This document shows positions 52,101 to 64,000 of a stretch of 64,000 bases of DNA, in pieces. The position numbers were made by a program, and so were the translations under genes. Origin of the DNA: Ruditapes philippinarum (Eukaryota); NCBI RefSeq assembly GCF_026571515.1, contig NW_026853809.1, forward strand, positions 124,001 through 188,000, written 5' to 3'. The notes under the pieces were generated by a model. That model had not been told where the DNA came from, searched no databases, and saw nothing but the letters and a program-made list of their open reading frames with translations. The first letter of the stretch is position 1; each line of letters begins with the position of its first letter.

Positions 52101-55100
52101 AGAGTTTAAACAACTGATGTTCTAAACGTTTGTTTTATGATATGAGTAGATACCAAGGTATCATTTAAATAATGTTCAACTTGTTTTCTAACAGTTTAAC
52201 ATATGTAACGAAGCTAAGTCAGGTGGCGAACAAATGTAACTTGTAAATAAAATGCACAGAGGTAAATTCTCAAAACAGCTCTGATTCAGAAACATTTTTC
52301 TTTCAAATTTATATATTATTTTCCATATAAGTCTGAATTAATTGTTTTCAAATGAAAAAATAGTTTTATGCATAAAAGAACTTGCGTATCAGCGACTACC
52401 GTTTTTTGTATGAATTCTCTTTAATATCCATAACCTATTCCGGACTAATTCCGACAATTGTTTTCCTAATTTTCTGTCAGGTAAGTGATACAAAAGCAGT
52501 TACAACGATTTGCGTCATGTGAAGCTCATAATAGACAAGAATGGCATGCCTAGGTGATGAGAAGTTATGAGCACCGACTTAAAATCGCTAACCATTCTCA
52601 ACTCCCGTCTTTTATTTTAAATAGCTATTATCCAGCTAGCTAAAATCGTTCAGTGGTTCTACTCGAGCTTCGCTCGTGCCTGGAATAATACACGAAGGGA
52701 GGACACCTGAGGTCTTCCTCCTCCATTAAAGCTGCAAAGTCTCCGAATTACCTAACAATATTGGTGTACTTTTAAATCACACACACAGCAATAAACATTA
52801 GTAGACAACTTTCAAACGAATTGCAAGGGATTACATTTGATAAATAATTGTCTGCTTGTAAATTAAGAAAATAGAAATGTCACATAAAAAAGTAAGAAGC
52901 TAGATTGCTTGTATGTTTTTGATAAATACTACTTTTAACACAAGTAACACTTATGAAATAAATTGCATTGTATATTATTGTAACAAAAATTGTTAAAAAT
53001 AAAACGAAACTTGCAAAGTTTGAAATAAATTAAATGCTTTTATCTTTTGTTGTTATTTTTTCTATTATATTGTTTTACCGTTTTAACTGTTGTTGGTTAC
53101 TTTTTTTCTTGTCAACATAGTCACGATGTTACAAATATACTCACTTGCATAACATAACGCCGTCTTTTATGTGTAAATTGAAAGTTTTCCAGTTTGGCTG
53201 CTCAGCTTGATCCTTTAAAAGATTAAAAAATAAATAAAAGTACTGACAGGACTGAAAAGTCGAGGAGTTCCGATGGCAGTCACGTGGAAAAAATATAAAA
53301 TTATAAAATGTCTTTCTAGAACATTATATTTACTTTCTGTGGCAAATCACAATTGCACGTGGAAAAACATAAAAGTCTCGTGTAAAATGTTTGTACCTCC
53401 ATATTAATTTCAAATAAGCAAAATTTATTATGTTTCAATTTACAATTAAGTGCGCTAAAGAGTTGCTCCGCCAGAAATACACGGTCTTTCAGTCTTTCAT
53501 TACAAATCACATCACATCACCCAATGATGGATACAATCGGCAAATAAGATACAGACAGAAAAAAGTACACATACTTGTGGAATTGGGTCATGCTCCCCTT
53601 CACAAATTGCATTAAGCCATTGAATGACGGCTGCTGGGGTACCGGCTTTTTCTTCACGGTCATAATTCTACAAAAACAATTGGTAAACCAGGCAATTAAT
53701 TATCATGAAATAGTTTGAATAAGAAAAATTCCAGGAAACTGTTCAATTTAATTACTTGAAAAAACCCATTTAATGGTATTTGTTTTCCCCCAAAAATATG
53801 CAAAAGCTTTTATCGACACAATGCAAAGATTAAATTTTGTTTATAAAAGGAAAAAATGCATTTTGTTAGTATTAGAATTATTACAAAAATCATCAATTTT
53901 GATAGATCAAAAGCGACATTTATCATAAGAAACAGAACTTCCGACTTGATTTAAAAAAAAGATAATATCGGAAAAGCATGCTAACCGTTGTATTTTTATA
54001 TATTAACCTTTTACCTCATATAGACATGTTTTGGTGGATTTTGCCCCCCCCCCTCTCTTTTTTGAGGCCTCAAATAGTGAAAAAATGTCCTATTTAGGCC
54101 CCAAAACACTGTTTTTCGTTTGAGAAATGTTGTTAAAAAAGTGATCACTTTTTCGGCGCCGCCCCCAACAAATTGGTACACCAAGGGGTCGCAGAACGGG
54201 GGATGTGCCCCCTTCTGTTTGGGGAGTTTGAAGGAGGCGGCAGACCCCTTCATCGACAAGAACAATTTGGACATGTGACAGGCTAGAAATGGCCTCAGGT
54301 CGATCTTAAGGTAACGTGTAACCAACGCTGAAAGACTCTATCTCAATCCATTGAGAAGTTGCATCACTTTGAAATCAGTTTTGATGAAAAAAAAACCCAA
54401 TGCAAAATAGTGATTTTTGGCAATTTTGAGACGTCCTCCCGTTGCCATGTTAACAGGAAATTTAAGATTGAGCATGCTGTTACAGAGGCTATAGTCAAGT
54501 TAAATTTGTGCCAAGTTTCATCATTATTGAAGTATTTTTCATAGTTTCATAGCAGTTTAAACTTGTTACAGGAGGTTTTTCAATGCAAACGGCCATTTTT
54601 CACAATATGCTCACGTGGTAAAAGTTTAACTACTTTGCTAAATAAAAAATGGGTAAAGGAAGGTCATTAACTTTAGTAAAATTAACATAGGGAGTGGTCA
54701 TCTTAAATCATTTCTTTTGAAGATTTGTTGGGGTACAGCTAAATTATCTTTACTATCACATACACAACAGTTTGAATCAAACAAATATGAAGTCGTACAT
54801 TTTTTTATGATATTAAAGAAAAAAGCAGAAATGATGAATTGATATCCCCTATTGAATGATTCAGTTAACTGAATTGAAGCTTCTAAGTACTAAGTACCTC
54901 GGAGCAATTTTATTCAAATGTAGAGTTATTGTTCCAACACAATGTACCATTGTTAAATGACATTTTGATGCCTAAAATACACTTTTTGTTTCAGAGCCCC
55001 TTATAAAAGATGACTGTTGAACAAAGTAGTTTTCCTTAACTCTATCAAAATATGAAGTTTTGATCCGAGAAAATTTAAATGTGAAGACTGACAAAGGAAA

Positions 55101-56670
55101 ATATCTCTAACAATTTAAGCAAATCAAGTTTGAAAAATTAAAAAAAAGAAAGGAAAATAACTCAACAATTATGCAAAAAGTTATGGTTTTTTACATTACC
55201 CGTTATTGATAAAATTGATAAAGTTTCAAATTTCTATTTTTGTTTTCAATGGCATAATATGTGATATAAGTGTGGCATTTCGTGGTAGGTGATTGCAGCA
55301 ATAAAAAAAAACAATTCTATTCCCCAAAAATCAAACATAAATATATGAAAATTTATACTTACACTTTTTAAAGTATTTGAAGTAATCAACTTTCAATCAA
55401 TTTCAAAGTTTTAATGTCAGGTGATTAAATAGGACCGACATGTATCAAATAATTCCTTGCAAAAACATGTAAATGAAAGCTAGTTTTGGGGTTCAATTAT
55501 TCCTTACTTTAATAATGTTTAAACACTTAGGATATGTTTTCCTGCTTTTTATTTTTGTCTTTTGAAAGCTTGTCTGTGAAATCCAGGCTTTATACCCTCT
55601 GATACGCTTTTACATTCCCATTTCATGTAGTTTTGCCCATTGTTTTTGAGTTCTATTTCTCTCTATTTTACAAACATATGTTTGTAGAATTACAAACAAA
55701 ATAGACCACACCTTGTTTAATATTTAGACTGTTTCAAGTTTAGATATTACATTTACAATTTTAAGTGTGTCAGTGGGAAGGATGCACGACAATAATGCAC
55801 GATACTCAAAAACTCCTCTAACAATACATCATCATAAAGATAGTCCACCTAACAAATTTATGAAGTATTCGTACTGAAGAAAAACTCATAATTCAATATT
55901 GATTCAACACATGGAAGAATTGATTATTTAGGAAAAATATGAAGTTATTTATTTAAAAACTTTTGTAAAAATTGATATTTCCCTTTTCTTACTAGTATGA
56001 TGATTCTGAAGTCATCTTCAACATACAACTAGACTTTCTGCATTTTTGTTACACTAGTGAGCATTTAGCATTCATTTCTCAAAAGCGTTTCATTAATATT
56101 ATTTTCAATGTTATTCTTATCGTTGTTATCACTAGTAAACGAAGACAAATCAATGCAGCGGCAACAAATATCATTTCTAAATATATACAATTGTGTTATT
56201 GAAGCGGTCTATTGTCCAAATAAATGACCTGACAGACTTGCAGGATGTATGTATTACGTTTTCATTATCTTTTATAGCTTTAAACTAGTTTTAACACTCT
56301 AATGCCAATTCAAAAGCTCATTGCTGTAGTAGTATTAATATATAAAATATAGCAAGTTAGTATAAACCACACTGTAACAAAACCTCCTCTTAGCTGAAAG
56401 CTATTTTAGCAGTTAATTTGCGCAGAAAGCAAATACCAGATTGCTCACATGCTATCCCATGTTATCTAATTATATAAAGTAATTAAACTCAAGTTTTGGC
56501 AGAGGCTTCCACTCATAGCATAAATGATAGAACATATGAAAACGAAATGCGTTCATTGAAACTAATAACTTGAAAACACCATTCCTGAACAGAAGTCTTA
56601 CTTGTTCCATTTTTTGCTCGACAACATAGCCGATGCCCGTCTTACCGGCTCTCAGTTTTTCACCACTCAT
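49167..56670 (-). CDS. Calponin-homology domain protein (transgelin/myophilin/MP20-like), 172 aa, 5 coding exons
   Basis: Exons 56670-56602, 53667-53575, 53212-53145, 51152-50930, 49232-49167 (519 nt, GT-AG). Protein: MSGEKLRAGKTGIGYVVEQKMEQNYDREE...VIQWLN...IKDGVMLCKLINKL...PFVAMTNIENFNKGCIDYGL...FQSGDLWE...VLNCLHSLG...VDRE*. KDG..LCKLIN.L and F...DLWE are CH-domain hallmarks of the transgelin/calponin family. Confidence 0.9.
49762..50120 (+). repeat. Dispersed repeat; second copy at about 54265-54615
   Basis: tttggac.tgtga.aggcta.aaatggcc.caggtcga..ttaaggtaacgtgtaaccaa...cgttgccatg.taacaggaaatttaagattg is shared by both copies, each in a CH-gene intron. Confidence 0.8.
52550..52780 (+). 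mobile_element. Degenerate SINE, family of 38189-38422
   Basis: tatccagctagct...gtggttctactc...cgtgcctg.aataat.cacg.aggg...tcttcctc...taaagctg. Confidence 0.7.
54265..54615 (+). repeat. Dispersed repeat, copy of 49762-50120
   Basis: Collinear similarity to 49762-50120. Confidence 0.8.
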
Positions 56671-57007
56671 TGTTAAATCTAGTTGGAGTTAGGTCAGGAA
56701 AAATCTAAGGGTCTGGAAAATAATTCAAGTATGAACATTATAGGTTCTTAAAAAGAAAAGGATTTGAAAGCTTTGGTAAATAGAAGAAAATGTCAATATA
56801 AGGTAGCATCATCTGTGACTAGCAAGAAAGATAAGCTAAAGCAAGTATGGCAACAATAGTCATGATATTTCGTGTTTTACCTGAAAATTTAAACTAACAC
56901 GTGAAAACAAGAGTACATTGACATGTTGATTGTCCTGTTAGTGATAGTAATGATCTTCAAAGACAACCCAACTATATTATCACTGTCTACACAAAACAAT
57001 CCCATAC

Positions 57008-57070
57008 TTGTTCCAATTTTCTCATTTTGGACAATTCCAACCTTTTGTGCCCGATTGGTGACGCTTGCAT
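57008..57070 (-). CDS. Candidate alternative first coding exon of the CH gene (duplicate of exon 1)
   Basis: Reads ATG...MQASPIGHKRLELSKMRKLEQ|GTATGG, phase 0 like exon 1 (..KMEQ|GTAAG). It has its own upstream ttttcag acceptor at 57109-57110. Confidence 0.5.
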
Positions 57071-59877
57071 CCTTTTTAGATTCCTTAAAGGTAAATTATT
57101 AAGGTGTTCTGAAAAGACGGGACTGGAAATAGTTTTTGCTCAAGAATTTAAACTATTTGATGTTAGTTCATACCAATAACGTATGTGCAAAATGTCAGGT
57201 TTTTGCTCACATCGGTTTTCTGGAATAACGATTATTTATTGAGGAAAATGATCTAAGAATGAAGAGCAAAAGCGTTGTGTATTTATCGTTTTAAAAATTA
57301 ATACTTAAAATTTTTCTTCATCATTGCTTTCATACTTTTGTTTTGAGTGTCCTAGTAAATAAATGTAAGATTTTACTTTTACAAATTTTAAATTTTTAGG
57401 CTTTCGGACCGTTAATGACACAGTCCAGATAATATCATACCATTCAATATGATCCTATTTCATCAAAGTAAGAAAACCACATACCAAGAGGAATAACATC
57501 AGAAATAAAAAAAAACTTGTACCTGCAATCTTCCTAAAAACATGTCAACAAAAAATTAATAGAACTTTTTTTTCATTTTTCCGACAGGATTTTATGTAGA
57601 TGATTTCAAATTTTAAATACATTACAAAATATCTGATCAAAGTTATGATAATGAAAATATAAATAGACATAGGAAAGAGACTTAAAATAGAACAAAATCG
57701 TTGAATCTAGATGCTTTCGTGGCAAAAGAACAGTTTAATTACTGTCATGGGCGTATAAAATTCATGGTTTTGTCAACAAAGATGTTGAATTCGAGGCCTG
57801 TCAGTTTGTGAAAAAAAGTAAAATACATAATAACATGATAAAAATAACTTTACAGCAAACGAAACAAGATTTCGTTGGATCTTAAATTCGCGGATTGACA
57901 TATCCAGTAAAACTACATAGAATAATAATGATTATGAAGTAGAAAAAGGCTTATTCCGTAGAAACGAATCACTTTAAATAACCTGGAATGTATTCAAAAA
58001 GCACTTAATATAAAAGTAAATGTCATAAAAGTAGCAAACTGTTAACAAAGTAGTATTTTGACTTCCATACAAAATACTCAATACAATAGAACTAACAGTA
58101 AATGCGCTAATTTGCAACAGATGCAAAAGGTGGTTCCGGTAACTGGCTAAAGAAACTTATGTAGGACTACACAAAACGAATCCCTTTGAGAAATTAAAAT
58201 AAAAACATTTAAGGGTATATATTTGCTTTACGGTTTCTTGAAAGAATGCTTTTCACGCTTGCATTATATATACTGTAGATAAAATCAGAATTATATATTG
58301 CTTACATTGGTTATAAGTATTAGGGACGTAAAAAATCGATGTAAGTTGGAAAATATTACATCGATTAAAGTAAAATAATAAACATTGTAAAAACATACGA
58401 ACTAATCATGCACATATATAACTGTACAAATACACGACACAAAATGTGCTGATTCAGATACTCTATCTTATTTTACATCGTACGGAAACGTTTAAGGGCC
58501 TCCAGTTAGTGAGACCATGATGTGTAAATCGACAGATCTTAATTCATCTTACTGGTAAATAGACGTTTAATCACAAATAAATTTATTTTATTCACAAAGA
58601 TTTAAATAAAACCATTTCTTTCGCCGAACCTTTTCTCGATATGCTTAAAGTTTTTGTCTCGGGATAAGGTATCTTCTAGTTTTTTTTCAAATCATTGGTC
58701 TTATTGACAAAATTATCTTAGATAAAAAACTTTTTGAGAAAAATCACTTAGAAAGACTAAAATTGTTTAGTCTTTGTGAATAACATGAATTGATTTTTGT
58801 TAAAACATTTAATCAAATTGAACAACCATCAGGTGTCTCTCACCACATGATCGCACTAAATGGAGGCCCTTTAATGTTCCTATAATATCGGCATTTATGC
58901 TTGCGGAAAAAAGAACACCATTCATTTAATATTTCAGTAGTAAATATATATATTCTTATTACAAAATTAAGTTCACTCATTTTATGCCAGCAATTCAAAT
59001 TGATAAAAAATGGAAAAAAAAATATTAAAAGTGTAATCGAAATGAATAAAACATTAGTAAAAACAATATATAAATATATCCTTTATATTTCACAACACTC
59101 CTATCCTTACACTATAATGTTTATTTCCAAATAAATTGCTTTATTGTTTCAAAATAAATAACTAAAAGCACAAACCATTCAAGCCGTTGTACGGAAACTA
59201 ACTAACTACATCTAATCAATTTATAATGAACAGGTAAGTTAGTCGATGATGACATATACCTGAAACTATTCCGAGAATCTTCCAACAGCCGCACTACTTT
59301 CAAAACAATTCACTCTAACATATACTTCAGTAAACAATTCACCTTGGCAAAACCTGTATCTCTCTTACCAATTTTTTTATTAAATATAAGTCTTAAAATT
59401 GCTTCAAATGTATTTTGTTCCCAAAATAAATCGTTGCAACTAGTCAAGAAAAAGTCCACTTTGAAGAAACGAAAAAACAAAATAACAACGTAGGAAGATG
59501 CATTTAAATTGCTCCTACACATTCCGAGCGTAAGGTTGCCATGGAGATTTTGAGATTTTACTTCTTTCTATAAGTGCAGGAATCTCGAGTCCTACTTAAT
59601 GTATTTGCAAAGTATGCGTTCAAATGTAATAAACTGTAACTATTTTAATTAACACAAAATACTTTTTTCATTCGATTTATACACGAAGCTTTTATCTTAT
59701 GGAAACACTCTGAAATCCGTTTCTAGAACAATTTAGTACTAAGCAATGAATGTGATGTCTCTTGCTTCATGGATGCAACAGTTTTTCATGAACGGGATTC
59801 TAACCCACACAGCAAGCAATCATTAAAGTGTTATAAGAATGCGTTTACCACTTGGCAACACTGTCACATCAATGTCC

Positions 59878-60302
59878 CGATTTCATCTTCGTGAATTCAC
59901 AATTTCATCTTCGTGAATTCACAGTTTTAACTTCGTGAATTCACGTTTTCAACATACGGAATTCCCAAATTCAACTTCATAAATGCACGATTTCAGCCTT
60001 TCAACTTCATGAATTCACGATTTCAACTTCTATTTCGCAAATTCACGTTATGCACTTGACGAATTCAGCTTTGTGAATTCACGATTTAATCTTCAAGAAT
60101 TCACTTACACGAATTCACGATTTCATCTTCATGAATTCAACTTCATGAAGTTAAAACTGTTAATTCTTGAAGATGAAATCATGAGTTCGTTAAGTTGAAA
60201 TTTTTAAAGTTCAAAACATAAATTTATGAAGATAAAATCGTGAATTTCGTGAACAATCGCAAATACACGAGAATGATAAATCGGAAATTAATGAAGTTGA
60301 AA
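59878..60302. repeat. About 21-bp minisatellite (tttca.cttcgtgaattcac.a) that switches to inverted orientation
   Basis: Direct units to about 60145, palindromic junction aacttcatgaagtt, then reverse-complement units (gaagatgaaatc, gaagttgaaat). Confidence 0.75.
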
Positions 60303-60410
60303 TGATTTTATTAAAGAAACAGCAAAACCAAACGTAATACTTATTTGGTAAGAATTACTGTGATATAAAAAATATCTTTTTCTACCGAACATTTGACCTA
60401 TTGTGCTTAA

Positions 60411-60767
60411 GGATCCTGTATGTTTTGTGATTTTGTGTATACCATACTTGCAAAAAATTATATATGTATATAATTATGCAAATAAAACAATTTTCAAACA
60501 TCAAAGAATATGTAAAATGTGTACTTCAAATATTTGTGCACATTATATTTAATCAATAAATTATATGCATTCATTTCTAATTAGAAAATTTGACTTAGAA
60601 TTTATAGAAAATTAATTTCTAATTACCTCCCTTTATTTACACGAAATGTTAAATTCGGTAATATTTTTTTATAAATAATGCTTATTGAAACTTACAATAT
60701 TGACAAATCTTAATTTGAGCATCACATTTATGAAATAAAACAATGAAAAAAATGTGTTACAGGATCT
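60411..60767. mobile_element. Short TIR element with TTAA TSD (Kolobok-like MITE)
   Basis: TTAA|GGATCCTGTA ... TACAGGATCT|TTAA; purine-purine termini. Confidence 0.65.
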
Positions 60768-62206
60768 TTAAGTCTGATTATGTTCAAGTAATATTTCAAA
60801 ATGTGAATTCAATCTAATATAATTGTATAATGATATAAAATTGGCTTGAAGCCAAAAAAGATCTGAGAGACATCAAAGTTAAGTTAGATAGATAACTGAT
60901 ACTCCTTTTTCGTATATTCCTGTATTTGATGCATTCTACGTTACCGCTGGTAAAGAAAACAGGCCATTCAAATAAAAGTACACTGGCAGCGTTTCTGCTA
61001 TGTCGATTTGTAACGATAATGATTGTAATTACTTATGCATGTATATGTTACAACCGTTTCTCACAATTGAACTTGTAAATACCATGGAAACTGTTACTAT
61101 CGTTCCAGGTTTAAATATTATGTAGCACGTTCAATATTTTCCGTTATTTATCATTGGCAAACATCTAAAACCAAATTATGTAATACATTTTATAATTCAG
61201 TTTCAAATACTAATTCCAAAGAAAAATTCAACAATCGGCTGAAATACAATATTCGATTGTGAACAAATATGTGCTTCTTCATCAAAGTCCAGTGTATAAC
61301 AGATTTCTTCAAACACTTGAAACCACGTGACCAAAATCCGTGATCACGTAAGTAACGCTCAGTAAAGGTCACACCCATTACGTTGAGATACATGTAATAC
61401 GTCTATTATCAAGCCTCGATTGCTGCATTTCAAATTGTGTCGTTTTGTACAAGTCTGAAAATAAAGTTTCTGTTCTGTTCTGTTCTGTTTTGGGGTGTTT
61501 TATAAGGAGTTTCTTTTCTACTATTTTTTTTCAAAAAAAAATCAGTCATGATTTAACTTGAAATGGGACTTTTATAGGTGTGATTATGTCTCAAAGTTAA
61601 ACTACATTATCATATTTTAAAAGTACATGTATGTCTTTAAAGGTGTTGTCAAATGCAGTCTGGTCGATGTTTCAGTTGTGATTCCTTATTGATTTAAAGA
61701 TACGTGTAGTATGTATCATTATCTTTAACTAATTTAAAGGGCTAAAATGATTTTTCATTTTTTGTTCTACTTTTCTGTCCAATTAGAAGGAATACATTGA
61801 AAATTCTGTTAGACCGTTTTGTCCTTAATAGAGTTTATAAAAAACAACAAGGAAGGGAGGCACTTAATGAACGCGTCCCCCAACACAGGACAACCGGCAA
61901 GGAGCCAAGCATGACAGCAAACAGATCAGAGCATACGGACAAAAAACGGACGGGGTCTTATTATAAACACAGGAAACCATAGAAACAAATTTGCATTTGT
62001 GAAAAAATGCTTTGCCACCGCATTAATACAACACTAAATAGAAAGAACAAAAGTAGATTTTTTTGTCTTTGCCATAATCAATGTCTAGTGAATTTTGGTG
62101 TCAAGGTCATATTTCAGCGCTTCAAATGAAAAACAATGTGCAGATGTGTTTAATGTTCAGATACAAAGGCCATAGTATAATAAATGATTCAAAATAAAAG
62201 TAATCG

Positions 62207-62238
<32 letters not shown>

Positions 62239-62351
62239 AACAAGAAAACAAAATGGCAAATCGACTGGACTGCTAATGAAAACATGATAGGGACTAAGTT
62301 TTTAAAAAATCTAAGTCCAAGAGAAACCATGTCCTTGAGAAGAAGATAAGG

Positions 62352-62474
62352 CAGATTATTCAAAGAACACTATTTGACTGAATTTCCTTGGTTAAAGCAA
62401 GAAGACGAACATAGTTATTGTTATATGTCGGCTTAATCCCGAAAATGCCGATGAATCTGCTGCCTTATTCACCG
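62352..62474 (+). pseudogene. hAT-transposase/TTF-type zinc-finger relic
   Basis: RLFKEHYLTEFPWLKQEDEHSYCY, frameshift, CRLNPENADESAALFTG; resembles the F...FPWL......C..C...F.G motif of TTF zinc fingers. Confidence 0.4.
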
Positions 62475-63479
62475 GTAGATTTACTTAATTATTTACATAT
62501 TTAGTAATCATTCTTGAACCCTGCACTCAACCTCGATTTCTACCTATTAAGTTCAAACAGCTGCTTTTTATTATTCTAGTGTTCTTTGTTAACAATTACT
62601 GATTATAAATTTACCCACAACTATTTACCTTAAGGGCAAAATACTTGTGTAACATATTCTAGGCTCTATCAACTTAAGTAAATGATCATCTCTAGCGAAA
62701 TATCTGTACTTAATTAATTAAGATATAAAAAACAGTTATACAAAACAATGCACCGTCATTTAATGATACATGAAAGCTTATATATACATGACTACAATGG
62801 CTGGCATTGAAAAATTTGACAAAATTGATATTGCTGCATGCACAGTTTGATTGAGCCTGTTCATTGACAGAACTCGAAAATGCAAGTTACCGTCCAAGAC
62901 TCCTAGCACCGGCTTCAGCAGAATCCAACATTTAAACAAGAAAATGGATTTTTTGTTGTGATAAGTACTTCCGAAAGGAACACCCTTCTTCCAGATATCT
63001 ATAAAACAGCAGGTGTCAAGTGCCGTGTGGCAGCAGTAAAAAGTTCCCCCGTACTTCACTTCAGTATTGTTATATTTTCTGGTCCTTCGGGATAATTTAT
63101 TCCAGTGTTTTAAGTGTTGAAAATTGATTACCGCTCAAGACGGTTCTAGGAGGCGTGATGGATGTTGCACTTTTTTCATTATCCCACTTGTACAGACTCA
63201 ATCCATTTGTGTCTTCAATTTCCATGTGATTTTTACTTTATATTGTTAAGTAAATTTATTTGCATACCAAGATTGAAAGACAAACTGAATTTTTAGATAT
63301 ATGTAACCGTTCAGATACAACTATATGTGTATATATCGGCACACAATCTCGCAGACTGTACTATAAATATTTCGCCCGAGTTATACACGATATTAGACTT
63401 TCTAAATATTTTTTTGTAACAATATCAAGCCCATAAAATGAATACAAAGTGATAAAAGTCTCAGGTATGCAAAAACATA

Positions 63480-64000
63480 AACTTGTATCATTCCAGAACA
63501 ACACCGAATTGCCAGAAAATCGTGATTACATATGTAATATCTTACCTAGCATACCAAAAACTAAGGATATGTGAACGTTATGGAAAACTGCAAAGCAAAG
63601 TAACACATTTTTATACATATAAAACGTGTCATTTAAAACTGCAACGTCTAATCTTGATAAGATATATAAAATAGAGAAAACTGAAACCCTAAAGAACGCA
63701 CAAAATTGTAAATGTTGCAGGCTTAGTTTGATTGAGCCTGTTCATGGACAGCTACTGTCATGTAACTTTCGATTTTGTTACTACGTCGTTTTATTATACA
63801 TTTTAGCACCGTATAAATATTACTGAATGTAATATGTACACAGACATTGATACCTTACTCAGTGTTGTATTTCAGATAAATATACATATGGTATGTATTT
63901 GTCTTTTTCAATTTTCTTGTCTCTTAATATTGATGAAAAATAAGTTCACTGATTGCCTATTAAATCACTGTATTTGTTTTGTCTTTTAATGGATGGTTAG
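63480..64000 (+). pseudogene. Decayed fourth dehydrogenase copy (exon 7 relic; start of exon 9 at the window edge)
   Basis: aacttgtatcattccag acceptor as in copy 3, then gaattgc.agaaaat..tgattacatatgtaatatcttacc.agca.acca.a.actaagga.atg...ggaaaactgcaaagcaaagtaaca with indels. The window ends taatggatggttag (NGWL). Confidence 0.8.

Overview
This is AT-rich, intron-rich eukaryotic DNA. The repeat families suggest a bivalve mollusc (inferred, not shown directly). Most entries in the ORF track are spurious or are single exons. Manual GT-AG splicing gives five multi-exon genes. (1) A divergent 160-aa calmodulin-like EF-hand gene (+, 12217-17882). (2-4) Three tandem 10-exon D-2-hydroxyacid dehydrogenase paralogs, GhrA/glyoxylate-hydroxypyruvate reductase-like (+, 22799-29660, 31277-37938 and 39736/40363-47160), with a decayed fourth fragment at the right edge. 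(5) A 172-aa calponin-homology transgelin/myophilin-like gene (-, 56670-49167). The most interesting signal is a 'variable first exon, constant body' layout. The dehydrogenase cluster has four highly divergent but homologous phase-1 first exons, two of them in tandem before copy 3, while the bodies of copies 2 and 3 are about 95% identical in protein. The CH gene also has a second, duplicated start-codon exon. The rest is non-autonomous transposons and repeats: a 2-kb CAC...GTG foldback element with a 5-bp TSD, nested Harbinger-like elements with a Myb/SANT relic, palindromic MITEs, tRNA-derived SINEs and minisatellites. All calls were made by eye without database searches.
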